NCBI RefSeq assembly: GCF_009914755.1
Contig: NC_060925.1
Reading direction: 5' to 3' (one strand)
From: the human T2T-CHM13v2.0 reference genome, Homo sapiens
DNA length: 64,000 nt
Every line of letters begins with the position of its first letter. The first letter of the stretch is position 1. Under the pieces are notes generated by a model. It worked only from the letters and a program-made list of their open reading frames with translations, ran no database searches and had not been told where the DNA came from. Position numbers and translations under genes: made by a program. Below are positions 45,168 to 61,090 of the stretch, in pieces.

Positions 45168-46794
45168 GTCATGTTCATGGAGCTCAGTTTTCCTAACTTA
45201 TAAGTCTGAACCATAAAAGAGGGAATATTCTTATGGCTTAGATTATTTTCGTGTATTTATATATTTTAAGGTCAGGGTATATGTTTATTTTCTATCACCT
45301 CAAGAGCCTACAGAATTGTCAGTATCATCTGAATGTGCAAATAAAAGTTGATTAAATAACCAACAGAATGGTAGCTCTGGAACTTCTGGAGTCATCCTGG
45401 CAAGTAGAACCTTTCAGGTCTTGCCTTTAAAATTAAAACAACGCATGTCTCTTTTTAATTTATAGTTGCTAAAAACAAAAGGTGTCCAGATTCTACAAGA
45501 CAGCCAAGATACACTTACCCCATAAAATACTTTTGCTGAATTATCCAACTATCCTTTGATTCTCTGGATATAACTAGACTTGTGAACAGACTGAAACCCA
45601 AATTAGAATTCAAAATTTGATAGAGTGTGGTAGGACAGACCACAGTGGCCTCAGACCTAAATTTAAATAAATAATGAAGTTATAAAATAAACACACTCTA
45701 TGTATCCTGCATTACAAAAAATGTATCAATATTGTCTGATTATGTCTTCATGGTGCCATACAATTTGGCAGGATCCGGATCCGGATGTAGGTCAAGATTG
45801 AGTCTTGTGCTAAGTGATAAGCAATACACCAACCAATGTCTCCCTTTCTTGGGGTCCTAATTCTCATGACTGGAAGAACGGCAGATTCTCTGAGTGAGAC
45901 TTCATCCTTTTATAATGGTTTCTAGTGTTACACTCAGCAACTATTGAAGAAGCTCTCCAGTCTCATTCTGATTGCTCCAGTGCAGGGACAGCTCAACAAC
46001 AAGGAAGGTCATTGAAGCAGCAGAGGGAAAAATGAAACGTTTCCACAAATTTCTAGAGGTAGCCCAACCAGTTTAGGAAACTAATACTAAGACTGGGACA
46101 TAGTGACAGCAAACATTACTGTCATGATATCATAGTGTTTATTGTCAGGACCTTACAGAAAAAGCAGACAGCCTGGGCACAAAGGGGCTGACATGGCAGT
46201 TCAGGTGAGATGAAGAAGAGACCCCTCTACATGCAGTGGGGTATCCTTTTTTCTGTTATGCATTGGCCAGTTTGGCCTCTCCCTATTCCATACAGTGAAA
46301 CTGAAATGTGGTGTGATCTTCCTACCCCCGTTTTCCAGATGCAGTCTGGCATTCTAGCACCTGTGTTGCTGACCTCATTTTCCTCATGCTTTCTTGGCCT
46401 CACCTCAGCCTCTGAACTGTGATCTTTACCTGAGGCCCTTGGCCTGGTGACCTAAGTGATCATTTCTCTGGATTCTACCTTCACAACAATTAACCTGGTT
46501 ATAAGGTTCCAGCCAGCAGGACTTGAGCTACTTCTGCTGTCATTCATCCCACTGGGTGCTTCTCTATGCCTGCTACCCCAGGGACCAGTGGCCTAGTGCC
46601 CTCCTGATAATGCTGGGTGCTTTTGCTTTTAGAAAGAACTTCACAAAAACCTTTTGTGCTGGTAACTGTAGACAAGGCACTCTATTCAGTATGAACCAAA
46701 CAGTAAAGCAAGCCTGGCAGGCAGAAAACAAAACAAAACAAAACCACAACTTTAGACAAGAGTTGAATTAATTAAGTCAGTTATCCTAGGACAA

Positions 46795-47010
46795 CTTTAG
46801 TTGCTAAGATGCAGTCTCTGGAGTCAAACTGCAGGGTTCTGCCTCGGCTCCATAACTTGCTCTGTGACCTTATGCAAATTATTTAACTGATGCCTCAGTT
46901 TCCTCATCTGTGAAAAGAGAATAGATATGTTGGAATGCTAAAAATGAGATTATACATGTATGCATCTACAACAGTACCAGCATATAGTAATTGCCCAATA
47001 AATTATTCAT
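46795..47010 (+). mobile_element. MIR
   Basis: CTGTGACCTTATGCAAATTATTTAAC..GCCTCAGTTTCCTCATCTGTGAAA. Confidence 0.8.
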
Positions 47011-47350
47011 GGTTTGACAGAACCCTTGGGCCCATTTCCTCTACCTTAGAAACAACACCATCAGCTTACTCGAGAAAATGCCCTGGCCTGGAGCAGGCAG
47101 AGAGAGCCAAGGTGAGCTCTTATTAACTGTTTATGTTAAGACATTATATAAGCTACTCTATTTTCTACCCCAGCCTTATCCTATGGTAGGCAAAGAAAAC
47201 TAGCCTAACCTGGTAACAATGACTTAAATATTAAATAATTAAAATAAAGCAGATAAATTGAGCAAGAGATACCTGCCTCAGCAGAGGCCTTACGAAAATC
47301 AAAGTTAGACTCAGTCTACCCAGCATGCTAAGCAAATCTCCACAATGCTA

Positions 47351-47611
47351 CAGTGTTTCTGAACAGGGGCATTCTTAGCTTTATTGATAAGATAACACCC
47401 TTTCTTTATCCAGGCTGTTCCAGGCATTAGGGGTGCCTTAGCATGCCTAGGTCCTTCCCACTAAATGCCAATAGCATTCTTCAGTTATTCTGATAATACC
47501 AGATGCCTGACACAACACATACATGCACAAACACATAAATATACAAATGTACATGCATTTCTGAAGTCCCTTTAGAGAAGTGATACCAATCCAGATTGGA
47601 AACCACCACTG
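47351..47611. mobile_element. hAT MITE (MER20-like)
   Basis: CAGTGTTTCT...ACCACTG termini; CCCACTAAATGCCAATAGCA core. Confidence 0.55.
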
Positions 47612-50600
47612 TGGCAATATAATCACATGGATTGTTCAGGAAATAGGCCTTCTGGAAGAAAATAAATATTATGATGTCAAAGGAAGATGAGGGTTGGCTG
47701 AACTCACTTGTTAGCCCACATCTGGGAAAGTAATATCTAACAAATTAATACTAGGGTGAAGTCACTTTTAAGAAAAGATGGCAGATTGTGCATGCGTTTT
47801 CATTCCAAATTATTTTACAAAATGCTGGTTATTCTGTTTTTATTCATTAAACAAGGGTTTATTAAATGCCTACCGAGTACATACCACTACTATATGCATA
47901 TCCACTTTAAAAGGTTTATTTGAACCAGGACAGAGCACAGTAAGTTTCTGGCATCCTTGAATATAATTTCTAGTTTATTTAGTAGCCATGTCTGAAATGA
48001 CATCTTATGTTTGAGTTCCAAGTAATGACCATTAACAAATATAGCTTAAAACCATTTTTTTACTTTTTGTTATTTTTGTGAAGCTAAGTTTAACTTGGCA
48101 ACATTTTTGTGAAAGCTTCAATGCTTTTTGGCCTGAACAATTGCACTAAATAATCCTAACAAGGTTGAGGCAAGAACGTGGTTATTCAGACACAGAAATA
48201 AAATCCAGACATACACGGGTACATGTCTCAAAGGTTTTGAGCTCCCATAGTGCTTACTGTTTGTGCTATATAGACTTGCCACTCAGAGCTCCAGCCAACA
48301 TTTAGTATATGCAAGTTAAACCATTTGGTGGGCTTTCTCCTCTACATTATCTCCACAAATGGAATATCCACAGCCTTGGCTGCTATGAATAGAAATAGGA
48401 AGCTTTTGAGAGAAGAAATTTATGCAATATAGCAAAAGAGATGAAAGAGATTCAGACCTCAAAGAAAGTATTAGAGAAGGAGGGTCAGAGACTGTAAGTT
48501 GAGTGTGGAAAAGCAGAGTGATGGATTATAGAGCAGAATGGGGAAAGACATGGTTAAAGGATTCTATTACCATAGGAAGGAAGGAAATTATTTTTTCTCA
48601 CAGAGAAAAGAAATATTATAAACCAGAGTGTTATGTTTTCAGTATACTGAATGGTCTTATGTCCGTTTTGTGTATTATAGGCCAGAGGCTAATCATAGGT
48701 GAAGATGAGACAAGGGAATTCTAAAAAAAAAAAAGACAGATTATAGAATAAGAGTAAAGAAAATTGGAGTAAAATGAAGTTGAAGAGTGAGGCCAAAATA
48801 GATATAGGAAATGGAAAAACAAAACAAAACAAAACATGGTAAAGAAAGGTATAAGAAAAAGAAAAGAACTTAAAAAATAATTTTATGATTTCCTATGAAT
48901 TTAGAGTCATCTTATTTTTAGAAAACCTACTGGGCAGTATATTTTACATTTTTAGTGCTAACCACTGAGATACTAAAACATAGTTCACGCAGATCTAGTC
49001 TTTACATTTCAACATTCACATCTTGAGATCAACTTTAACATAGTAATGATCATACTAGAACATCATAATTGGATATATTCAATTAAATTTCGTAGAGTAT
49101 TACCTTTACTTCTTATAAGGCTTGGGATCTCTTGCACTTAAAATTTAAAGGTACATGTGAATTTTACACAAATCTATCTACTTTTCCTCTAAAAGCAAAT
49201 GCAGTAATAGCCCCTGACAGAATTCCCTTTGGAAGATATATTTTTCTTAGTAAGAGAAATCAACCAAAGACAACTTTTAAATATTTCTAACCAAGAGGAC
49301 TGCAATATTCAATCAAGTTAATGTTATCAGTGTGGTGATTATTTGAATATCTTTGATGTCAGAGCCATGCCTCAGAATTTCAAAATTCACTTGACTTTGA
49401 AATCAAAGTATACATGCTTTTTTCCTACTGTAATATAAAATATATATTAAAATTTTATCAAAAAATTGAACACACAAAAGGAAACTGCAAACTTTGCCAA
49501 GGATTTTGATACAAATTTAATTTGTTTTCAAATATCTTATTATCTATGTAATATATAAAACATAAGCTAACTGTGAATGTGGTGTATATTTTACTATTTG
49601 TATGACAAAAGACTGAAGTTTTCCTGCCCTAGGTTTACATTAGCATGTGCATTTTTAAAAGGCAGTAGTATGTATTATAGTGGGGAAAATATCAGTCCAG
49701 GATTTGGAAATCCTGTTTTAGCTTCAATCCTGGCTTTGTCTACTAGCCATATGATTTCTTTAAATTTTTTTCTCTTTTAAACTGGGAATAGTATGTTTCC
49801 TACCTAGTTCGTTGGGCATAAAAGGATGCTTTAAATCAAATCTATAAAAACATATGAAATATAATTTGTTTAAGTGTAGTTTCCTTAGGAATCATAAACA
49901 ACTTCACTCATTAAAGGTTTGTTATCTAATGTATGGCTATCCCTCTTTTCTTCATATTGCTAAACTCTTGTACTGTTCTTCCATTAGTGGAAAAAAGAGA
50001 AAAGGAAAAAGAAGAAAACATTTCAATTTTCAAATCCATCCCTTTACTATCATACTTTAGACTACTCTGATTAAAGATTTTGAGAGTGATGACATTGAAT
50101 TCAACATTTAAAATCAAGTGTGTTATGTCTAATTTGTATATTTTGCCTTCAAAAGATGCAAATTCCTTCTTTTGGCATCATGTGAAGAGTTAAGAATGCA
50201 ACGAAAGAACTGAAACAAAAACTTATTCCATAAATCAACACTCCAGAAAAGAGACATTTTTCCTGTTGTGATTGTTATTATCATTCCAGCCCCTAGCGTA
50301 CTAAGAGATTAGGAAAGTTTATGATATGAATGAATGCATAACTGAATGAATGTCTCTATGTTTGCAAGAAAAATATTCTATTATTTTTGTATTTAATTAT
50401 TAATATTTGCCACAGAGTCAGTCTTACCACAAATTTTTCTCTGTCTCCAAGCCATTGCTTTTCCCAGAATTTCTAAATTGTGAGTTGTTGCTGTTTTATC
50501 AAATATAGAATAGTCATCACTTAAATTGTTGGGCAAGTTCAGTACTAACACTTATCTCTTCCACTTAATCTAGAGGTGAGATTTGCAGAAGCATCTTAAA

Positions 50601-51839
50601 GACAAGAGGGACAGGGCTTAGAGAATTTTTTTTTTAAGGCACCGTTCTTGCAAAAGAGTGATGTAAGAGGTAAGGAAGCTAAGAGACAAAACTGAACAAA
50701 TGAGTTTAGGGAGAAAGCTAGCCTTTTACAGAGTAAAAGGAAACAGAAAGTTTGAAGTACTTTCCTCCAGCCTAATGAGGGTTTTTGAAATTAAGGGTTC
50801 TTAGAGCAAACCTGGAATTAGAACAAGTTAAAGAAGTAAAGAATGTAGGGAATGAATGGAGAGGGCTTGTTTGTCTAGAGTTGGTGCTTTAATAGAAAAC
50901 GGCAGGTCAGCAGCAATGGCTGCAGCTGACAAATTGGCATGTATAAAAATAGGGACATTCTTATGGGGGCAGGAAAGCAGAGTGCTAATAACAGAAGGTT
51001 TTTTTTTTTTTTTTTGCACTTGTATTAATCCAAAGAAGTTATTTAAAATTATAGTTCACATTTTTTTTCTCCATTTCTCAGAATTGTTTAAAGAGAGGAA
51101 AGAGAGGAAAAGGAAAGGGATAATTTATAGGATGTACCTTAGGAATTATTATTAGAAGAATAAAAAAGACTACTACTGGCAAACCTAAGTGCATTAGAAA
51201 TGAAGTAATTAAAGGTTCTATAAGAAAATGAGCAAATTAGAGCTAGCAGTCATCTATTAACCTACTGTGACTTATAACTCACATTTTACTTTTTTCTCCC
51301 AGTGCAAAGCTCCCTTATTACCGTGTATGATGTTCACATGCAATTTTCTATTGTCGTAACCACATATATGTGGTGATGAGTGGATCTTAATTTGTTCTTC
51401 TATGTGCCTCTAGTTCACCAGCTTTAATTGTAGGGCACAGTTTTTCTGTGCTTTGAAAAGTGCCCAGCATTGCTAACCTGTGTCAGCATTTGATGTCTAT
51501 TTTTGTAATATAGCAGTTATCATAAGTGATAAAGATAAGCAATGAAATGCATGCCAACATTGAAGGAAAGGACAAGGATAGATGTAGCTGATGATCAAAT
51601 GTATTTACTGTGGGAAAACTAAGATTGGATATAAATGGTGGGAAGTGGGAAGCTAAAGATATACCTAGGGAGCAAAGTAGGAGAATAAGATACTTGCAAA
51701 GAGTGTGATGAATCAATTTTTAAGGAAATGAACTTAAATTCCTGATAGATGTTTAAGTATTCTATGAGCAGACAAAAACACTTGTGTTTCTAAATCTTAA
51801 ATTAAGACATGCTCACAATTTCATGAGAAATCACTATCC

Positions 51840-52030
51840 ATTAAAATATTGAGCATGTTTGGCAGTATTCTAAACACTACTTACATTATCCCATTTAAAG
51901 TACTTGTAAACTATATGGAGTAGGAACTAATATAATCCCCATTTTACAAATGAAAAACCGATGAATACAGATATAAAACAACTTGCTCAAAGTCACACAG
52001 ATAGTTGAGTGACAGAAGTTTCTTTCAAAC
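51840..52030 (-). mobile_element. MIR
   Basis: ATCCCCATTTTACAAATGAAAAACCGA..AACTTGCTCAAAGTCACACAG. Confidence 0.75.
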
Positions 52031-53040
52031 ACAGTTTGTGTCTGATTTTGAACACAAATTAGCTCCTGATTCAGGCACTAGTAACCACTACGCCCTCTGT
52101 GTTCTGGAGAACCATAAGGATAAAATGTTACTGTTGAAGGTGGAATTTTTATAAAGAAACTAGCAATAGTATTTAAGTACTTCTTTGGAAAGGCAGCACA
52201 TGATGAGAAGCTGAGAAAGATCTTAGTGTTCTCTACTCCAGGGCTGAAGATTGTCTCTCCTGGACTTAGTGTACCAAATACTGCTCAAAATTACTGTATC
52301 AAAATGCCTCTTATTACAAGGGACAGGATGACACACTCATGAAAATAGAGTGGAAGAACAAAACAGACAACTGGATGTCCGTATTTAGGTTCCTCTTTCT
52401 TTTGCTGTGTATATTTTCTAAATTGCCTCTATTTCCAGCTCAAATAAGCTCATATGAAATTATGTTTGAAGAATATGTTTCGTGTACTACTTGAGAGATG
52501 ACAATGTTTCATTGTTTAAAATATTATTCCCAATAGCCCTTGCAACTCATTTGTTCCAAGCACAGAAGGAAATAATTTGATAACAAACCAAAGTACTCCA
52601 GTGCCTCATCATTGAGGACTGAGTTGACAACAGAAAAACAAGGGATGGGGGACTGCAAGTCACCCAGTCATTTCAGAGGGGGAATCATCTCAGAAGATGA
52701 CAAATATGAGAGACTTCTGTCTTGATAACTAGTGGCATCCTTCCCTGGTAATCCTTGGCTGTTGGGCAATAAAAGACCCAATGTGGAGTTAGGAAGAAAA
52801 GACTTAATAATAACAAAAATAGTTTAACTTTTTTATAGCACAATGAAATTTACAAAGTGCATCTGCAAATATTCTCTCTCTTGATCTTTCTCTCTGAGAA
52901 GCACACAGCTGTGCATTCTTGGAAAAGTCACATATGCTTTCTTGAGCATCAACTTCCTCAATTGTAAGATAGGAAAAACAATTATTCTTCTTAGGCAAGT
53001 TACTCAGTTTCCTCAATTATAAAATGGGAGAAATAGTGGG

Positions 53041-53108
53041 TATTAGGTTGAAACAGAGTTTTGCCGATAGTCAACAGAAATGGCAATTTCATATGATTCA
53101 ATCTAATA
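53041..53108. mobile_element. MADE2-like mariner MITE nested in a MIR (about 52990-53170)
   Basis: TATTAGGTTGAA...TTCAATCTAATA inverted termini with TA ends. Confidence 0.7.
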
Positions 53109-53896
53109 CCTATCCTATAGAGTTGTAAGGATTAAATGGATCAATGTACGAAAACAGAGCCCAGCTGTTAGTACACTCAGTGTTATTCATGTAAATACAA
53201 TCTCATTTCATTCACAGTAACACTGTGACAGATAATAGGGTTCTACCTTGAATATAAATTTATGTGAAAAGCATAAATATTATTTATGGATTTATAAGGG
53301 GGGAAATGTAGCTTTACAACAAATACCCTGCAATATAATGCTTTGTTATGTGGTTTCTAGGCTGCTCATTGAATATTTTATTAGCGAGCTTGTAAATTCT
53401 TTGGGTTGTTTCTCCCTCCCATCCAAATTTGCCATCCAGGGGGTAGTTGGCTAGTTTTGTAGGTGAGGTCTCAGTAAATACTCTTGTGATTTTGTCTATC
53501 TTATAAAATGACTCGAGGCCAAAAGAATGAGTATTGCTAGGCTTGTCAATTCAAAGAGGGCTTTAAAAGCATGTCAATATGTCAAGAGAAATTTTTTAAT
53601 GGATTCAGATACTGCTTGATCAAAAAGAAATAAATAAAATATAACATAATGCATGGAGATAAATAACAGGAACCTTCAGAGATATTTGTTTGTACATTCT
53701 ATTTATTTTGTGGAAAGTTTTCATTTTGATTTTTATTTCTAATATAATTTGTAAATTCCTCATTAGACATCGTGCCTTTGAAAATATGTGTGTATTATAT
53801 ACTAAATTGGTATATATTAAAAGAAAAATGTATTAAACTTCAAGTTATAAGATGCCAAATATTATGGAGGCAATTTTAGTAAAATAAAAATGTATA

Positions 53897-54195
53897 TTTT
53901 TAAAAATTTTTTGAGACAGGGTCTTGCTCTGTCGCCCAGGCTTGAGGGCAGTGGTGTGATCACAACTCACTGCAGCCTCAACCTCTCCAGGCTCAGGCAA
54001 TCCTCCCACCTCAGCCTCCTGAGTAGCTGGGACTACAGATGCCCACAACCACACCTGACTAATTTTTCTATTTTTTGTAGAGATGGGGTTTTACCATGTT
54101 GCCCAGGCTGGTCTTGAAATCCTGGGCTCAAGGGATCCATCTGCCTTGGCCTCCCAAAGTACTAGGATTACTGGGTGTGAGCCACCACGCCCAGC
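53897..54195 (-). mobile_element. AluJ
   Basis: CCTGGGCTCAAG.GATCC and ACTGCAGCCTC J diagnostics. Confidence 0.92.
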
Positions 54196-54373
54196 TGTAA
54201 CAAATATATTTAAAGCTGTTTAATCTATATTTTATAAAAAGCCTCTGAGAATGAATTAGAAAAATGATATGTTTATAGTATATATTATTTTATCCTGTGA
54301 ATAAATGTTACATAAAATCATATTATCATAATTACTAAAACAATATTATTGGATTCTTTTTAAAATAATTTAA

Positions 54374-55207
<834 letters not shown>

Positions 55208-55303
55208 TCAAATTATATTTTAAACATTATTTATTTGAAAATGATAATATAGGATGTATTCAACATAGTCCTTTATTTGACTGAAAAATAATTTTTCCTT
55301 TAA

Positions 55304-55307
<4 letters not shown>

Positions 55308-55340
<33 letters not shown>
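55308..55340. repeat. (TG)n microsatellite, about 16 units
   Basis: Read directly from the sequence. Confidence 0.95.
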
Positions 55341-55346
<6 letters not shown>

Positions 55347-55800
55347 CAGAGAGAGAGAAGGAGTGAGAAAGAGACAAAGTATGTGTAGAAACACATAAGA
55401 CTGGTAGATTTCTTTTTATTGGATTTTTTCATTTAATTCTGGGAATCTTATTTATAAATGCTGACTTTAGACAAAAGCTGAGATTATCCTCATTTTACCA
55501 AAAAGAAGACTAGGTGTAAGAAAGTAGGAGTAGCTTGCCCAAAATTATATAACAAGAACTAGGAAGACTTTAAGCCAGGTTTTAAAATTCCTTGTTTGGT
55601 GCTCTTTCTTTTACAGATGGATGCTACTAACTTCTGCTTACAAATCTATCCTAGAATTTAACTGCTTTCACATTCTTACTTTTCTATTCTTTTAACTAAT
55701 AGTATCAATTCTTTATATTATAATGGTATCATTGGAACAGGTAGACATCTATTAAGCTAAGGACTAAAATGGTCAATTTTTGTTTGAAAATAATAGAAGA

Positions 55801-56164
<364 letters not shown>

Positions 56165-56223
56165 TCACTATTTGAGGGAGTTAGTGAAACATATTTATCT
56201 GAAAAGTGGTTAATGAATGATAA

Positions 56224-56614
<391 letters not shown>

Positions 56615-58040
56615 TGAAGTAGAACAGCTACAATGAAAATATTTTTTAAAATAAAAATAGATTTTAAAATTATGAAGATAATGTAATGCACATGGAAAAT
56701 CCAATAAATATAAAACATTTTCTTTTTTACCTTAAAAATTCCACTCAAACTGTTACCTCAACTCTTTCTTTCCCTTCTACCTTCCCCAATTTACCATTTT
56801 GATTGCTATCTTTCCAGACCTTACAAAATGATTTAGACAGTTAAGAGTTTGCTACATATTTGGCCCAAACATATGAAAGAAAAAAAGCAAACAAATATGA
56901 GAAGAATATATTTCTCATCATAAGAGACTCTTACCAAATAAATGGTAAACTGATGACATGAAAAAACTAAACCAACCATTGAAGACAGCACATCTACCAT
57001 TACTTCTCCTTGTTCATGTTCTGTTCTCTCATTTTTCTTCATTTTCCTTCCCAGTACCATTAATAACCTGGCATACCACATATTGCTATTGCTTGTTGAT
57101 TGTCTTTTTTCCTGTTACTAGATGGTAAGCTCCATCAGGACAGGAACTTTGAGAGATTTTTATTTTCTTGAACAGTGCCTGGAATATATTGATGTATTAT
57201 AAATGTTTGTTAAATGAATACATAAACTAGACATTGGATGCTTTCAGAATATAATTTTATGGTTAATTGAATAAAACTATGCTTGTTGAAAAGATTTCTA
57301 AAATGTCTGTAGTTAGCACAGCAATATTTCAATAGTGAGTTTCATAGTCTTTTTTAGGTTCATAATTTTGAATGTCATTTCTCATTATATAAGGTAATAT
57401 ATAAGTATGGGAATTAGAGTAAAATTCATACTGACTTCATGACTGGCCCTGTTTTGAATAAATCTTCAGTCTGAATGTAGTTGCTTATAATTGGCCAATT
57501 TCCCTGAGAAACAAGCCAGTAAGTAAAATATATTGATTAATTGAGAACTGCAGTTAATTGGGTTTTTACTAAAATTTATTATACTGGCACAGAGTAGGCA
57601 CTCAATAAATATTTGTCAAATATGTGAAGTCTAGTTAGAATTTTTTTAGTTTCTCAAATAAAAAGAAAAATTTTCAATTAAACATGTGATATGCAATAGC
57701 ATTAGAATCTACATAGCAGACAAGCTTTTTCAAAAGTATCTCAATTTGTTCTCATGCTCTTCTTTTTCTATCTTTCTGTTCACCTAACCTATGAAGCTGG
57801 GACAAGTAAGGTGGAAATCTCTAGGTGATGTGTGAACAGAGAGCCTCAGTAGCCTAAACAGTGTCAGAGCTCAAATAGGCTGAGCAGAGCATCTGAATGG
57901 GAAGGGTCAGATGCCTAACAGCAATAGGATATTGGTTACAGGTAGGATGGTTGATCAAAAAGTAAACATATTAAAAATAACAGGAGACAGATGTTTCATT
58001 GTCAGACAAGTTGTTACAAATATTAAGAGAGAGAAAGTAT

Positions 58041-58349
58041 GGCTGGGCCAGGTGGCTCACGCCTGTAATCCCAGCACTTTGGGAGGCCGATGGGGCTGGA
58101 TCACAAGGTCAGGATTTCAAGACCAGCCTAGCCAAGATGGTGAAACCCCATCTCTACTAAAAATACAAAAAATTAGCCAGGCATGAGGGCAGGTGCCTGT
58201 AGTCCCAGCTACTTGGGAGGCTGAGGCAGAGAATTGCTTGAACTCAGGAGGTGGAGGTGGCAGTGAGTCAAGATGGTGCCACTGCACTCTAGCCTGGGCA
58301 ACAGAGCAAGACTCCATTTCAAAAACAAAAAAAACAAAAAACAAAAAAC
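58041..58349 (+). mobile_element. AluSg-like
   Basis: Dimer with GCCAAGATGGTG and an A-rich tail. Confidence 0.93.
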
Positions 58350-59500
58350 AGACAGAGAAACTACATTGGACCCTGTGGTGCTGGTTTGGAAATGGAGGAA
58401 GCAGTGTTTCATAGATATAGATATATATGGAAATAAATATCAATGTAATATGTGGATGGATAGATAAATGGATTTTTATGTGCATATATCTCCTTGGTTC
58501 TGGATCCTGAGAACAATGACAGCCCCAAAACAATGGGCACACCTACATCCCAGATCTTGGTTTCTCAATAACATTCTCATCTAAAAGAAATTAAGACTCC
58601 TTAGAGAAATAGCTGATTCCAGGGCTGGGGCATGAAAAATACAAAACGAGCCTGGAATATATTACTGTGCTGAAATACGGAAGTATTAAAACAATGCCAG
58701 GGACATGTCAAAGAAAGATGTCAGACAGAAGAGGATCATACTGACCATATCTGGGACAATTTGAAAATCAAAGTGAATAATAACAGTAACAGCAGATTAT
58801 AATCTATTGGGTAAAATGAATATCCATGAGTCCACTCTGACATATATAAATAAATAAATAGAAAGTTACTCTACTTCCCTGCAATATACTTATGAAAAGG
58901 AGGAAAAGAGCAATTATACAGTCATCACCTTAATCATGAGATCAGTATTCACATCATGAGTAATGTGCCACCTGATAGGTTGCTATGAAATGAACATAGC
59001 ATCACTTTTGTGATTTTTCCGCCAAAGAGAGGAAACCTGAATCTGATAATGAGAAAACAAAAGAGAAACCTAAACAAGGAGCATCTTACAAAACAAACTA
59101 ACTCACAATCTTCAAAACTGTCAAATTCATGAAAGCCATGGTAAAACTAAGGAAATCTTTCAGATCGAAAGACTGAAAATGCATAATAATTAAATTTAAT
59201 GCTTGATTGTGGACTGGATCATTTTGTTATAAATGACATTATTAAGATAAGTGGCAAAATTTGAAGGGGATCTGAGGATTATAGTGATGTATCAGTATTA
59301 ACTTTCTGATTTCAGTGGTTGTATTTCAGTTATAAAGGAAAATATCCTTGTTTGTTGAAAAAAATATGTTGAAGTATTTGGGAATAATAAGTATCATATC
59401 ATGTTGACACATTACTCTCAAATAATTCTGAAAAAATGTTATTTGTCATTACAACAATTTTGTGATTTAAGATTGTTTCAAAATAAGAAAATAATAAAAT
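58350..59500 (+). mobile_element. Old L1M (L1MC/MD-type) 3' region
   Basis: CCCAGATCTTGGTTTCT, GCTGATTCCAGGGCTGGG, ATCCATGAGTCCA and ATCTGATAATGAGAAAACA motifs typical of L1MC/MD 3'UTRs. Confidence 0.7.
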
Positions 59501-59608
59501 TTTATTCAAATTCAACATCTTCCATGATATGTTGTCATAATCCCGGAATAGGTTTCAGGTTAGTTTAGAGAAAAGTCTTTTACATGTTATAAAGTTTTAT
59601 AATACAGT

Positions 59609-59974
59609 TTGCTATGGTCTGAATGTTTATGTTCTCCCCCAAATTCATATGTTACAGTCTTCATCTTAGATGTGATGGTTAAGAGGTGAGGCCTTTGGGA
59701 GGTGATTAGGTCATAAGGGTGGAGCCTTAATGAAAGGGCTTAGTGGCCTTATAAAGAGAGAGATCCCACGCCCCTTCCACCATGTGGCATTAAAGTGAGA
59801 AGGAAGCTATCTCTGTGAGGAAGTCCAAGCGGAAGGGCCCTTGCCAGACATTGAATGTGCAGGCAATTGATCTTGGACTTCCCTGCCTCCAGAACTTTGA
59901 AAAATACATTTCTCTTGTTTATAAGTCACCCATTTGATGACATTTTGTTATAGCAGCCCAAATAGATTAAGACA
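59609..59974 (+). mobile_element. MSTD/MLT1A-type MaLR LTR
   Basis: TGCTATGGTCTGAATGTTT..CTTGGACTTCCC.GCCTCCAGAAC..TTGTTATAGCAGCCCAAATAGATTAAGACA. Confidence 0.85.
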
Positions 59975-60151
59975 CATTTGGAGGTGTAGAAAGCAGAGGG
60001 CTCTCGCCATCTCCACTCTTTAAAACTACAGCATTATAATAATGAAAGAAAAAGGCGCTATACTTTTGTTTCATTTCCAATGAAAACAATTATGATCTCT
60101 TAGACATTTGGTACTGATAGTTATAGTAATGGTTTTCTGTTTCTTTCCTCC

Positions 60152-60355
60152 TTTTTTTGAAACAAGAGTCTCACAGAGTGCAGTGGCATGATCACGGCTC
60201 ACTGCAGCCTCGACATTCCTGGTCTCAGGTGATCCTGCCACCTTAGCCTCCTGAGTAGCTGGTACTACAGGTCCTGGCCACCACACCTGGCTAATTTTTG
60301 TAGACACAGGGTTTTGCCATGTTGCTGGGATACAGCCATTCGCCACTGTGCCCAG
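60152..60355 (-). mobile_element. Internally deleted AluJ
   Basis: Antisense Alu pieces; TSD TGGTTTTCTGTTT. Confidence 0.8.
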
Positions 60356-60723
60356 TTGGTTTTCTGTTTTCTTTTGTCTTAAAGGCCTTTTAATATACTT
60401 CCTTTAGTATGAAGAAGCCAAATAGCTACAGTAGGTATTAAAATAGCAACAAATATTATTCAAACCAAAAATGATACTTCCCCAGAGAAAGAAAATTTAG
60501 TAGAAATAATATGTGGACAGGTAAAATTTTTATATTACTTACATTGCTATAATACAACTATTTTAAAAGAGCACAGCAAATAATAGATTACATTGTTTCC
60601 TAGTTGTGTAAACTTGTAGTGAATTCCAACAAGAACAGGCTATGCAGGCCATACATGAGGAAAGTGCTAGAATGGTACTGAAGACATCGCTGTATCTATT
60701 CATGTTATCAATATCTAGGTGTG

Positions 60724-61090
60724 TGTATTTGTCCAATTTCATGCTGCTGATAAAGACATACCTGAGACTGGGCAATTTACAAAAGAAAGAGGTTTAATTG
60801 GACTCACAGTTCCACGTGGCTGGGGAGGCCTCACAATCATGGCAGAAGGCAAGAAGGAGCAAGTCACATCTTAATGTGGATGGTGGCAGGCAAGAGAGAG
60901 CTTGTGCAGAGAAACTCCCGTTTTTAAAACCAACAGATCTTGAGAGACCCATTCACTATCATGAGAATAGCACGGGAAATACCCGCCCCCATGATTCAGT
61001 CATCTCCCACCGGGTCCCTCCCACAACACGTGGGAATTATGGAAGCTACAAGATGAGATTTGGGTGGAGACACAGAGCCAAACCATATCA
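60724..61090 (-). mobile_element. THE1 solo LTR
   Basis: CTGCTGATAAAGACATACC.GAGACTGGGCAATTTAC..GCCAAACCATATCA; TSD GT(G/A)TG. Confidence 0.92.
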
